From NCBI GenBank assembly GCA_950097015.1, contig CATNEN010000003.1, positions 2,852,001 through 2,916,000 of the forward strand: 64,000 nucleotides of DNA, in the 5' to 3' direction. The DNA comes from Macrostomum hystrix. Its lineage: Eukaryota; Animalia; Platyhelminthes. Of this stretch, positions 38,262-50,900 are shown one piece after another (the first letter of the stretch is position 1; each line of letters begins with the position of its first letter). A program made the position numbers and the translations under genes. The notes below the pieces were generated by a model. It was not told the origin of the DNA, searched no databases, and was given only the letters and a program-made list of their open reading frames with translations.

Positions 38262-38626
38262 AGCACAGCCGCAGCTATTGCGCGGCGCATCTGAAGGCTG
38301 CGTACGGCTGTTCAGTCCATGGACTGGGGGGACGCCACACCCACCTTCAATTACCCCAGCAAATGCTGATATCCATTTAACAGCTGGGTGAACTGTAGCA
38401 ATAGGCAAAACAGAGTTAAGTGTCTTGCTAAAGGGGAGTCGGGAATCGAACCCCTGACCTTCAAGCCCTGGAACCCCTGGAGTCGGGTATCAGGGGAGTC
38501 GGGAATCGAACCCCTGACCTTCAAGCCCTGGAACCCCTGGAGTCGGGTATCAGGGGAGTCGGGAATCGAACCCCTGACCTTCAAGCCGTGAGTCCAACGC
38601 TCTAACCACAAGGCTACAACCTCCGC
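38262..38626 (-). mobile_element. tRNA-derived SINE family B with a CORE-like domain and a triplicated B-box segment
   Basis: Minus strand TAGCCTTGTGGTTAGAGC...GGTTCGATTCCC (3 copies, 60-bp period), then GCAAGACACTTAAC...CAGTTCACCCAGCTGTTAAATGG, which resembles the CORE domain. Confidence 0.75.
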
Positions 38627-39329
38627 TGTTATATTAGCTAGAAAAAAAGTATTAGCAGATAATGATAGCACTTAGCTAACTTTCTGCTGCGGAGAATTCA
38701 ACTTTGTTCAGTGCTTTTTGCGGTCAAAAGTTCTTTGATCTTTTAAGGAAGCTGACAAAAAATGCGGCAAAAATTGTTTCTCGGGTTTCGTTTTTTCTTC
38801 TTTGCACAAAATTGCGCACGCTGACGACGCAGAGGAGAGGTTGCACCTGCCGCGGTCTTGGCGCCGACGCTGTCTTTTTACTTTTATCCCAAGGTCCCAG
38901 TTGGGAAGAGATAAATAAGGCCGGCCCAATTATCCCAATGATTAACGATCGAGGGCAGGCAGTTTTTTTAGTTTCCCTGCCTGTAATTCCTAACACAATG
39001 TGTAGTTTTAGTTTGGAAGCCTCAAAAAACGTTTTTACGCTCGTTTGAAAATTTGGATAGGTCGTGAGCCTCAAAAAGCCCTAAAAATCCAAGTACGAGT
39101 ACATAGTGGGCCAGCAGCGTAAATATTCTTTTATTTCTTTGGGGAGAAAACCCTCAATAGACCCTTAGATATACAGAACATTGTTAAGCCCCGAGAAATA
39201 AGTATGAACCTCAACAATCCCTGTTATATTCGTAGAGAGCCACAGATGATTCGATAACAAAGCCATAGATTAATTTAAGTAGGAACCTCAAAAGACCCTA
39301 GATGGATTTAAGTTAAGAGCCACCAAGCT

Positions 39330-39800
39330 TAGATAGTAATGGGTGAAGAGCCTCATCGAACACTAGATAGGGATGGGTGGAGAGCCTCATCAAACACTAG
39401 ATAGTGACGGGTGGAGAGCCTCATCAAACACTAGATTGTGATGGGTGGAGAGCCTCATCAAACACTAGATAGTGAAGGGTGGAGAGCCTCATCAAACACT
39501 AGATAGTGACGAGTGGAGAGCCTCATCAAACACTAGATTGTGATGGGTGGAGAGCCTCATCAAACACTAGATAGTGACGAGTGGAGAGCCTCATCAAACA
39601 CTAGATAGTGAAGGGTGGAGAGCCTCATCAAACACTAGATAGTGACGAGTGGAGAGCCTCATCAAACACTAGATTGTGATGGGTGGAGAGCCTCATCAAA
39701 CACTAGATAGTGACGAGTGGAGAGCCTCATCAAACACTAGATAGTGACGAGTGGAGAGCCTCATCAAACACTAGAGTGTGACGGGTGGAGAGGCTCATCG
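39330..39800. repeat. 34-bp minisatellite (gagcctcatcaaacactagatagtgacgggtgga)
   Basis: About 13 tandem copies. Confidence 0.92.
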
Positions 39801-40396
39801 AATACAAAATAGGCGTATAGTGGGTGTGAAAATCACACATTTAGTCATAGTTGAGCAGTGTCCAGACTAATGGCTGAAAGATTACTCGACGAAATCTCAG
39901 TCTCGTCGATTTTATCCTCTAAAAAGCACCCTGAGCTATTTTTTCCCAAAAGATAGACAAAGCAAATAATCAATTCCAAATCTGGGAAAGGCAGAAAATG
40001 ATATCACACGAAAGCAGACCCCCCTCTCTGTCTTATTAGTAAATGGCCACCTATATTGTTACCATCTTAACCGAATCCTGAAAAAATCTAAATCAATAAA
40101 TCTGCGAAACAAGAATCTTCCCAGCCCACCTATTAAGCGCGAATTTCCACCTTATATGCCTTGAGAACACTTCGTTTAAGAAAAAATAATGGCTTCACAG
40201 TCCAGTTCGCTTTCGTGTTATATCGATCTCTCTTTAGGCTTCTGCAAGGTGTGCCTGAAAAAATGCAGACAGAGAGTGAGAGTGACTGGGTGAAATCCTG
40301 GGATTTTATCAGCAGTATTTAGCTTTGACTCAGATCAATAGAACTGGAATTAAAGGTATCGATGCTGCTGCTGCTGCTGCTGCTGCTGTAGATAAC

Positions 40397-40716
40397 TAAT
40401 AATAATAATAATAATTGCAGGAGGGCTGCAGGCAATGTCACATCATTTGGTGACACTAGACCCACAGCCAGCGAGGAGCCAGTTCTGCCCGTTTCGCTGA
40501 TTCCTGAGCACACGCTCACACAGGTGTGTACATCTGTCCTGACTTTCTCATCGTCAGGCAGTGTACATTCACACTGTGCCTCGGAGGTTGGCCCTCAAGG
40601 GCGTAAATTGCACGACAAGCCCCCAAGCCTTCTCTCCGCGGCTGCGCCCCAAATGAATGTGGCTTTGCCGCGGAATCGAACTTAGGGACCTTGGTGCGAA
40701 AGGCAAACGCGTTACC
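40397..40716 (-). mobile_element. SINE family A, copy 2, with (TTA)n tail
   Basis: Reverse complement of 37950-38230 plus a tail. Confidence 0.82.
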
Positions 40717-40773
40717 TCGTAAATAGTTCAATAATGTCCGTTGACCATTAGCTATATAAATGATATCTTGTGG

Positions 40774-40774
<1 letters not shown>

Positions 40775-40805
<31 letters not shown>

Positions 40806-41148
40806 TGCAGGAGGGCTGCGGGCAGTGGCACATCATTTGGTGACCCGCAACCAGCTAGGAGGCAATTCTGCCCATTTCGCTGACTCCTGAGCACACACGC
40901 ACACAGATACTGTACGCAGGCATACGCTCACACAGGTGTGTACATCTGCCCTGACTTTCTCATCGTCAGGCAGTGTACATTCACACTGAGCCTCGGAGGT
41001 TGGCCCTCAAGGGCGTAAATTGCACGACAAGCCCCTCAAGCCTTCTCTCCGCGGCTGCGCCCCAAATAAATGTGGCCTCGCCGTGGAATCGAACTTAGGG
41101 ACCTTGGTGCGAGAGGCGAACGCGATAACCGCTTTGCCACGACCCCCC
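40775..41148 (-). mobile_element. SINE family A, copy 3, full length with (TTA)n tail
   Basis: tRNA-like head at ~41148-41080, same body as the other copies. Confidence 0.82.
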
Positions 41149-41949
41149 ATATCTTGTGGATTTTTGTGGATTAAATTTCAGTGGCGGGAACAATTTTGCT
41201 TAGTTCAAGGATGATTAATTAAAGATCCCAATTTAATTACTTCGAAGACTCGGCAGACACAGCAGGAGGCGAGAGTCGCCCATTCCGCTAATTCCTGAAG
41301 CTGTCACAGTAGTAGATGATGGTCTGAGAATGTCTGAGAATCTGTTTCTGTACGTGTACAGGGGTCAGTGAATTGGACAGATTGTCTCTTATCCCAGATG
41401 CAATATCTTAGATTCGAAAAACTCTTTTGTGAGCCATTAATTACAGATGTACTTTAAAAACTATTGACAATTTGACAAAAAAACTTTTTGCCTGGAAAAA
41501 CGCATACAGCCAAACTAAAGTATTGTCCTACCAGAAAACTACATAAAGCAGGTTCTAACTTGTTTTTGGAAGTTTTTTTCCCTGTCAAAACCTCATCAAT
41601 AAACATGAAGTGGTGCATTTGCTAGGAAACAAGGTAAAGTTATGAGTGAGTGCATGTAAAATAATGTCTTTTTTTCAAGCATTTTGTGTTGCTTAAGCCC
41701 ATAAAACAGAAAATTAAATTTCAATTTCCTGAAGTTTTATTGTTTTTTCTTCATCAAGCTGCAACGAAATTACAAATAAAATGTTTTAATTTTTTTCCAC
41801 AGATTTTCTAAGTCCGTCTTCCATTGGCTACCAATCAGGCTGTTACAATTGGCAACTGTTAGCAGTCTTCATTGATTCGAATTCAATACAGAGCTGTCAA
41901 CTCGACGCAGGCAGGACTGGTTCGGAGACGACTTTGGAAAAACTCGAAC

Positions 41950-44900
41950 ATGCGGCCAAGGCTGACTTTTCTTACAGCCTGCTTGGTGCTGGCTCTGGGT
42001 GAGTCTGTGGGAGAGGCCGGGTGGGGAGAGCGAGAGGGAGAGAGGGAGAGGGAGAGCGAGAGGGAGAGAGGGAGAGGGAGAGCGAGAAGGAGAGGGAGAG
42101 CGAGAAGGAGAGGGAGAGCGAGAAGGAGAGGGAGAGCGAGAAGGAGAGGGAGAGCGAGAAGGAGAGGGAGAGCGAGAAGGAGAGAGAGAGCGAGAAGGAG
42201 AGGGAGAGCGAGAAGGAGAGGGAGAGCGAGAAGGAGAGGGAGAATGAGAGGGAGAAGGAGAGGGAGAGCGAGAGGGAGAGGGAGAGGGAGAGGGAGAAGG
42301 AGAAGGAGAGGGAGACGGAGAGGGAGAAGGAGAGGGAGAGCGAGAGGGAGAGGGAGAGGGAGAGGGAGAAGGAGAAGGAGAGGGAGACGGAGAGGGAGAA
42401 GGAGAGGGAGACGGAGAGGGAGAAGGAGAGGGAGACGGAGAGGGAGAAGGAGAGGGAGAGGGAGAGGGAGAAGGAGAGAGAGGGAGAAGGAGAGGGAGAG
42501 GGAGAGGGAGAGGGAGAGGGAGAGGGAGAGGGAGAGGGAGAGGGAGAGGGAGAGGGAGAGGGAGAGGGAGAGGGAGAGGGAGAGGGAGAGTGGGTCAGAC
42601 GGGAAGAAACAAGGGGAAGATTAATGGAGGGAGATTAATAAAAGTGAAAGCGTGCAATCACATTTATGATTATTAATTATGAAGAATAAGTAAAAGGTTA
42701 AGAGGGACAACAGTTTTAGCATCGGGGTAGCAACTAAACCAATGAGGCAGATCCTGCAAGGGGAAGCAAACATTGCTTGCTATGCGAAAGAAAAATGGGA
42801 CAAAAGCTATAAAAGCGGCAATCTGATCAGCACAGCAACATTTCTAGAAATCCATGCAGTACAGACAAAGCAAACGCTAACACTGTAAAAGTCCTATCGG
42901 GACAAGTTTCGCGCACAAAATATCCCAAAACTCCTTTTCTCCATGACAACTGATCTTTCTCATATACCTTTCTTCCCATCTGCTTCTTTTTTTCGATGAG
43001 AGCTCTTAAGAGTCAAGACGGAGAGAGTAGAAAAGAAAGATAGAGAGAGAGAGGGTTTTGGACTTGATTTGTTTCACTGCTTGATTTGGCCTTAGATTGG
43101 CCTACAGTTGCCTCCGGGAGCTCTTAAATGGTTGAGCAGGCGGAAGGCTTTGATTGCAAAGGTGGAAAGTTGAGCAGGTCCGAAGGGCTGAGTGGTTGCT
43201 AGCCTAACTTTTATTCTTTACTTTATTTGATCACTGTGGATGCTTTCAATTAGAAAACGATATGTTGCAACCGAAAGCTTGATTTTTCGAATTGGTTCAA
43301 TCGATTCAACACACATTTTCTCTTTTTATACCTCTTTCTCGTTGCTTGGTTGGCAGTTTGGCTATGTCAAACTGAGAGATTCAATAAGAAATGTGGGTGA
43401 GCTTGGTCCATGTTTGAACTGGTTTTGGTGTAATTAGGGTATTACTTATTTTCTTCCTTATTTTTGTGGCTTAAATTTCCTTTTATAGCCTCTCTAATAG
43501 CCTCTCTAACAGTCACTCTAATAGTCTCTCTAATAGTCACTCTAATAGTCACTCTAATAGTCACTCTAATAGCCTCTCTAATAGCCTCTCTAAGAGTCAC
43601 TCTAATAGCCTCTCTAATAGCCTCTCTAACAGTCACTCCAATAGTCTCTCTAATAGTCACTCTAATAGTCACTCTAATAGCCTCTCTAATAGCCTCTCTA
43701 ATAGTATCTATTAGAGACTATCTTTAATAGCCTCTCTAATAGTATCTATTAGAGACTATCTTTAATAGCCTCTCTAATAGCCTCTCTAATAGCCTCTCTA
43801 ATAGCCTCTCTAATAGTCACTCTAATAGTCACTCTAATAGTCACTCTAATAGCCTCTCTAATAGCCTCTCTAAGAGTCACTCTAATAGCCTCTCTAATAG
43901 CCTCTCTAACAGTCACTCTAATAGTCTCTCTAATAGTCACTCTAATAGTCACTCTAATAGCCTCTCTAATAGCCTCTCTAATAGTATCTATTAGAGACTA
44001 TCTTTAATAGCCTCTCTAATAGTATCTATTAGAGACTATCTTTAATAGCCTCTCTAATAGCCTCTCTAATAGCCTCTCTAATAGCCTCTCTAATAGCCTC
44101 TCTAATAGCCTCTCTAATAGCCTCTCTAACAGTCACTCTAATAGTCTCTCTAATAGTCACTCTAATAGCCTCTCTAAAAGCCTCTCTAATAGCCTCTCTA
44201 ATAGCCTCTCTAATAGCCTCTCTAACAGTCACTCTAATAGTCTCTCTAATAGTCACTCTAATAGCCTCTCTAATAGCCTCTCTAATAGCCTCTCTAATAG
44301 CCTCTCTAACAGTCACTCTAATAGTCACTCTAATAGTCACTCTAATAGTCACTCTAATAGCCTCTCTAATAGCCTCTCTAATAGTATCTATTAGAGACTA
44401 TCTTTAATAGCCTCTCTAGTAGCCTCTCTAATAGCCTCTCTAATAGCCTCTCTAACAGTCACTCTAATAGTCACCCTAATAGTCACTCTAATAGCCTCTC
44501 TAATAGCCTCTCTAAGAGTCACTCTAATAGCCTCTCTAATAGCCTCTCTAATAGTCACTCTAATAGCCTCTCTAATAGCCTCTCTAATAGTATCTATTAG
44601 AGACTATCTTTAATAGCCTCTCTAATAGCCTCTCTAATAGCCTCTCTAATAGCCTCTCTAATAGCCTCTCTAATAGCCTCTCTAATAGCCTCTCTAACAG
44701 TCACTCTAATAGTCTCTCTAATAGTCACTCTAATAGCCTCTCTAAAAGCCTCTCTAATAGCCTCTCTAATAGCCTCTCTAATAGCCTCTCTAACAGTCAC
44801 TCTAATAGTCTCTCTAATAGTCACTCTAATAGCCTCTCTAATAGCCTCTCTAATAGTATCTATTAGAGACTATCTTTAATAGCCTCTCTAATAGCCTCTC

Positions 44901-47900
44901 TAATAGCCTCTCTAATAGCCTCTCTAACAGTCACTCTAATAGTCTCTCTAATAGTCTCTCTAAGAGTCACTCTATTAGCCTCTTATCTGCAGGGCGGTCC
45001 GACGGCTCTATTAGCCTCTCTAATAGCCTCTCTAATAGCCTCTCTAACAGTCACTCTAATAGTCTCTCTAATAGTCACTCTAATAGCCTCTCTAATAGCC
45101 TCTCTAATAGTCACTCTAATAGCCTCTCTAATAGCCTCTCTAATAGTCACTCTAATAGTCTCTCTAATAGTCACTCTAATAGTCACTCTAATAGTCACTC
45201 TAATAGTCACTCTAATAGCCTCTCTAATAGCCTCTCTAATAGTATCTATTAGAGACTATCTTTAATAGCCTCTCTAATAGCCTCTCTAACAGTCACTCTA
45301 ACAGTCACTCTAACAGTCACTCTAACAGTCACTCTAATAGTCAACCTAATAGCTTCTCGGATTGTCTCTCTAACAGTCTCTCTAATAGTCTCTCTAATAG
45401 CCTCTCTAATAGCCTCTCTAATAGTCTCTCTAAGAGTCACTCTATTAGCCTCTCTAATAGCCTCTCTAATAGTCACTCTAACAGTCACTCTAACAGTCAC
45501 TCTAACAGTCACTCTAAGAGTCACTCTATTAGCCTCTCTAATAGCCTCTCTAATAGCCTCTCTAATAGCCTCTCTAATAGCCTCTCTAACAGTCACTCTA
45601 ATAGTCTCTCTAATAGTCTCTCTAAGAGTCACTCTATTAGCCTCTCTAATAGCCTCTCTAATAGCCTCTCTAATAGCCTCTCTAATAGCCTCTCTAATAG
45701 TATCTATTAGTGACTATCTTTAATAGTCTCTCTAATAGTCGTTATACTATTCACAAAAAATGTACTTTCTGTTGTATGTAACATATATGCTACATGCTAA
45801 TATCTTAGATATTAGAAAAAGTGAAGTCTTTATAACAAATAGCGACTCTTGGCTATCAATGCAATGCTAGTCTCACACTTGAGTTAATTCTTATTCTCAC
45901 ACAAAGCACTCAACAGCTCTGGAGACAACAGAGCCCACAGGCGCATAGGAATGCTATGTAAGAATCAGTAATAATTAATCTCTTATCAATGATTGCTGCC
46001 CGACTGTACTCAGCATGTGTCCCATGACTCAAACCCATAATGCACCATTCGGCCAGCATGTCTATGGTGGGCATTAACCAATTGTTGATGTCTTCAAGCC
46101 CTAAAAAGAGCTAGATTTTGAAGAATTTGCAGGAATCTCTGTTGCACTGATACACCATTTTGGTGTGTAGCTATACTGTTACATTAGAAAATGATTGATT
46201 AGCTAGTACTGGCCATCTCCAATTACATTTGAGCAAGGATTTGTGCTCAAAATTGGCGACTTCGTAGGCAGCGACAACTATAGGATTACTTTTATCGCAT
46301 CGCATTATCTATTATAGCGACTGTACATCTGTTGTACGTTATGCATGATTGTTATAGTGGGCTAAACTTCTTGCACTTGAAGTTTGTATAGGCAGACTGG
46401 TGGCAGCTTTGGCTAGAGCTTTGGACTTTTAAATGGGAGGTCAGGAGATCGAATCTCAGCCCAAAGGAAGGCGAATTACGCTTTTGAGCAAGACACCTAA
46501 TTCATTAGTTCCTCCAGCTGTAAATTTAGGGTGACTGTGGCTTTTAGGATAAGATTTGGCGCCATTTTAGACTTAGATTTGGCGATATTTTAGACTTAGA
46601 TTTGGCGCAATTAGAAGCTTAGATTTGGCGCCATTTTAAGCTTAGATTTGGCGCCATTTTAAGCTTAGATTTGGCGCCATTTTAGGCTTAGATTTGGTGC
46701 CATTTTAGGCTTAGATTCGGCGCCATTTTAAGCTTAGATTTGGTGCCATTTTAGGCTTAGATTCGGCGCCATTTTAAGCTTAGATTTGGTGCCATTTTAG
46801 GCTTAGATTTGGCGCCATTTTAAGCTTAGATTTGGCGCCATTTTAGACTTTTGTGTGCCATTTTACTGAGACGCTATTTGGACTTCTATAGTTTCAGACT
46901 TCTATAGCCATTTCGATCTATCATTTCTGTTGCTCTTTTTTAAAGCAAAGCCATTATTGGTCGATGTGCTTTGTCTGCCGATAAATGAAAAGGGTGACGA
47001 AACTACACAGAACTTCCATTAAAATCTGGACGCGATTTACACGCAATGCGACAAAAACAAAGAAGAATGCTGGCTTATAAATGCTACATTTTATAGCTAA
47101 CGACCTTAAATAACATTTAGCAGCAAAGTGGTAAATGCTTTCATTCATATTTTCGATTCCGATTAGTTTTTGCACTAAAATCTAACTCAGAACCCGGACG
47201 TGATAAAATCTTTGGTTTGTGCTGGCGTAAAAAGGCGTTTTCTGAGACTCTTTGTTACGAAATATTAAAGCGGGTAAATCAGACTATGTGTTTTCCGGTA
47301 TATCAATTAACAAGGATTCGCTCTACCCCTCACTAACTCTCTAGTCTCCACTCTCCCCTTCTTCAACTCTATCCTTCTCCCTCTCTCCCACTCTCTGTCT
47401 CCCTCTCACCCACTCTCTGTCTCCCTCTCACCCACTCTCTGTCTCCCTCTCTCCCACTCTCTGTCTCACTCTCTCCCACTCTCTGTCTCCCTCTCATCCA
47501 GTCTCTGTCTCCCTCTCTCCCACTCTCTGTCTCCCTCTCACCCACTCTCTGTCTCCCTCTCACCCAGTCTCTGTCTCCCTCTCTCCCACTCTCTGTCTCA
47601 CTCTCTCCCACTCTCTGCCTCACTCTCTCCCACTCTCTGTCTCCCTCTCTCCCACTCTCTGCCTCACTCTCTCCCACTCTCTGTCTCCCTCTCTCCCACT
47701 CTCTGTCTCCCTCTCTCGCACTCTCTGTCTCCCTCTCTCGCACTCTCTGTCTCCCTCTCTCGCACTCTCTGTCTCCCTCTCTCGCACTCTCTGTCTCCCT
47801 CTCTCGCACTCTCTGTCTCCCTCTCTCGCACTCTCTGTCTCCCTCTCTCGCACTCTCTGTCTCCCTCTCTCGCACTCTCTGTCTCCCTCTCTCGCACTCT

Positions 47901-50900
47901 CACCGAATTTATTATCCAATGAAAACATTTAGCAATTTGAGTTGATCGCATTTATCATCTCAAACACTGAGCCCTGTAAATTAAAGTTGTTAAACCATAA
48001 AACTAAGCTCAGCAATGCCCTGAATGCATTCCAGAACTTGCAGTGTCATAAAATTTTCAAATCAATAATTTCTAGCCGAGTTATAAAATGGTCGCTAAAA
48101 CAATTTTCAAAAATGAGCCCCAGTCATCTCTAAATTCTCTCACACGCAACCCCCCACCGGCCGAGATAAGCAGGCAAACTTAACACCCCACCCCACTCCG
48201 CGCCTAACATCAAAGCATCAGTCAGTTTTAGCCGGCTTTCATCTTCTCAGGCACTCAAGCTAGGCTAGCAGTCACGTGACGCATAGCTATTACGCAACCA
48301 CATTTATATCGGCCATTAGCAGTCACCCCAAAGTTGGCTTTTCCCCTATAATTTTTTACCAAATCGTGTTCTCCTATTCGATCTTCTCTGTGGCAGAGGG
48401 ACCTACCAACAAAGGTGATTTTGAATTTCCCTGGTGACAGCGAAGAAAAATGGGCCACAGACAAAGGGGGGATTCTTTTCACAGATAAAAATCTGTCTTC
48501 CAAATCCCTGTCAAAATTGACTTTTGTCCACCAATTGTCAAATTAAGCTTGAATGCTATTAGTGTGGCTTCAAATAACGCAGCTGTTTCCAGGAGTTTAC
48601 ACCTGAACAAAAAGAGAAGTTTTCAAAAGAAATTTGAAGCCATAAAATTTAGCAGGGAATTAGGTTAACAAACTGGGAGTGTAATAACTGCTACTAAAAG
48701 GCTAGGATTTCTGCAATCCCTGCAGAACCAACTGATCATCAATCTTTGTGCCAGGGCTTATAGCTATAATCCATGCATCAATGCTTTCGGTCGGGCAAAA
48801 AAATTAGAGATTTCCCAGTTTGATACCGCCAATGCCTCCCTAAGTGACTGCAACAACTGCTGCAGAACTCTGCGCTTGTGTCACCTGGCCAGTCTAAGAT
48901 CTTCTCTAGCTTCCATCTATCTCTCCTCTGTCTACCTTAGTTCCTCTTATGGCTGTTGATCAATTTTCTGTTGCTTCTTCTAAAAACTTAAGTCAGTGGA
49001 AAGAAGGAAAATGCTTTCCTCCGCTCTTCCTATTCCCCTTTTTTAAATTTACTTTCATCCGCTCTCTCCTTCCTCTCATCCGCTCTCTCCTTCCTCTCAT
49101 CCGCTCTCTCCTTCCTCTCATCCGCTCTCTCCTTCCTCTCATCCGCTCTCTCCTTCCTCTCATCCGCTCTCTCCTTCCTCTCATCCGCTCTCTCCTTCCT
49201 CTCATCCGCTCTCTCCTTCCTCTCATCCGCTCTATCCTTCCTCTCACCCGCTTTCTCCTTCCTCTCATCCGCTCTCTCCTTCCTCTCACCCGCTCTATCC
49301 TTCCTCTCACCCGCCCTATCCTTCCTCTCATCCGCTCTATCCTTCCTCTCATCCGCTCTATCCTTCCTCTCACCCGCTTTCTCCTTCCTCTCATCCGCTC
49401 TCTCCTTCCTCTCATCCGCTCTCTCCTTCTTCTCATCCGCTCTCTCCTTCCTCTCATCCGCTCTCTCCTTCCTCTCATCCGCTCTCTCCTTCCTCTCATC
49501 CGCTCTCTCCTTCCTCTCATCCGCTCTCTCCTTCCTCTCATCCGCTCTCTCCTTCCTCTCATCCGCTCTCTCCTTCCTCTCATCCGCTCTCTCCTTCCTC
49601 TCATCCGCTCTATCCTTCCTCTCACCCGCTTTCTCCTTCCTCTCATCCGCTCTCTCCTTCCTCTCACCCGCTCTATCCTTCCTCTCACCCGCCCTATCCT
49701 TCCTCTCATCCGCTCTATCCTTCCTCTCATCCGCTCTATCCTTCCTCTCACCCGCTTTCTCCTTCCTCTCATCCGCTCTCTCCTTCCTCTCATCCGCTCT
49801 CTCCTTCCTCTCATCCGCTCTCTCCTTCCTCTCATCCGCTCTCTCCTTCCTCTCATCCGCTCTCTCCTTCCTCTCACCCGCTCTATCCTTCCTCTCATCC
49901 GCTCTATCCTTCCTCTCACCCGCCTTATCCTTCCTCTCATCCGCTCTATCCTTCCTCTCACCCGCCTTATCCTTCCTCTCATCCGCTCTATCCTTCCTCT
50001 CACCCGCCTTATCCTTCCTCTCACCCGCTCTATCCTTCCTCTCATCCGCCCTATCCTTCCTCTCATCCGCTCTATCCTTCCTCTCATCCGCTCTATCCTT
50101 CCTCTCATCCGCTCTATCCTTCCTCTCATCCGCCCTATCCTTCCTCTCATCCGCTCTCTCCTTCCTCTCATCCGCTCTCTCCTTCCTCTCATCCGCTCTA
50201 TCCTTCCTCTCATCCGCTCTATCCTTCCTCTCATCCGCTCTCTCCTTCCTCTCATCCGCTCTATCCTTCCTCTCACCCGCTCTATCCTTCCTCTCATCCG
50301 CTCTATCCTTCCTCTCACCCGCCTTATCCTTCCTCTCATCCGCTCTATCCTTCCTCTCATCCGCTCTATCCTTCCTCTCATCCGCTCTCTCCTTCCTCTC
50401 ATCCGCTCTATCCTTCCTCTCATCCGCTCTATCCTTCCTCTCACCCGCTTTCTCCTTCCTCTCACCCGCCTTATCCTTCCTCTCATCCGCTCTATCCTTC
50501 CTCTCACCCGCCTTATCCTTCCTCTCACCCGCCTTATCCTTCCTCTCATCCGCTCTATCCTTCCTCTCACCCGCCTTATCCTTCCTCTCATCCGCTCTCT
50601 CCTTCCTCTCACCCGCTCTCTCCTTCCTCTCATCCGCTCTATCCTTCCTCTCACCCGCTTTCTCCTTCCTCTCATCCGCTCTCTCCTTCCTCTCACCCGC
50701 TCTATCCTTCCTCTCACCCGCCCTATCCTTCCTCTCATCCGCTCTATCCTTCCTCTCATCCGCTCTATCCTTCCTCTCACCCGCTTTCTCCTTCCTCTCA
50801 TCCGCTCTCTCCTTCCTCTCATCCACTCTCTCCTTCCTCTCATCCGCTCTCTCCTTCCTCTCATCCGCTCTCTCCTTCCTCTCATCCGCTCTCTCCTTCC

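Noticed and set aside
37934-38626. Functional tRNA genes
   Set aside because: Only A/B-box heads continuing into shared non-tRNA bodies, with no intact cloverleaf; these are SINEs.
39330-39800. CRISPR array (34-bp repeats)
   Set aside because: Head-to-tail copies with no unique spacers, no cas genes, eukaryotic context.
41872-42638. Arg/Gly-rich or Glu/Arg-rich protein ORFs
   Set aside because: Read-through past the G|GTGAGT donor at 41998 into a GA microsatellite.
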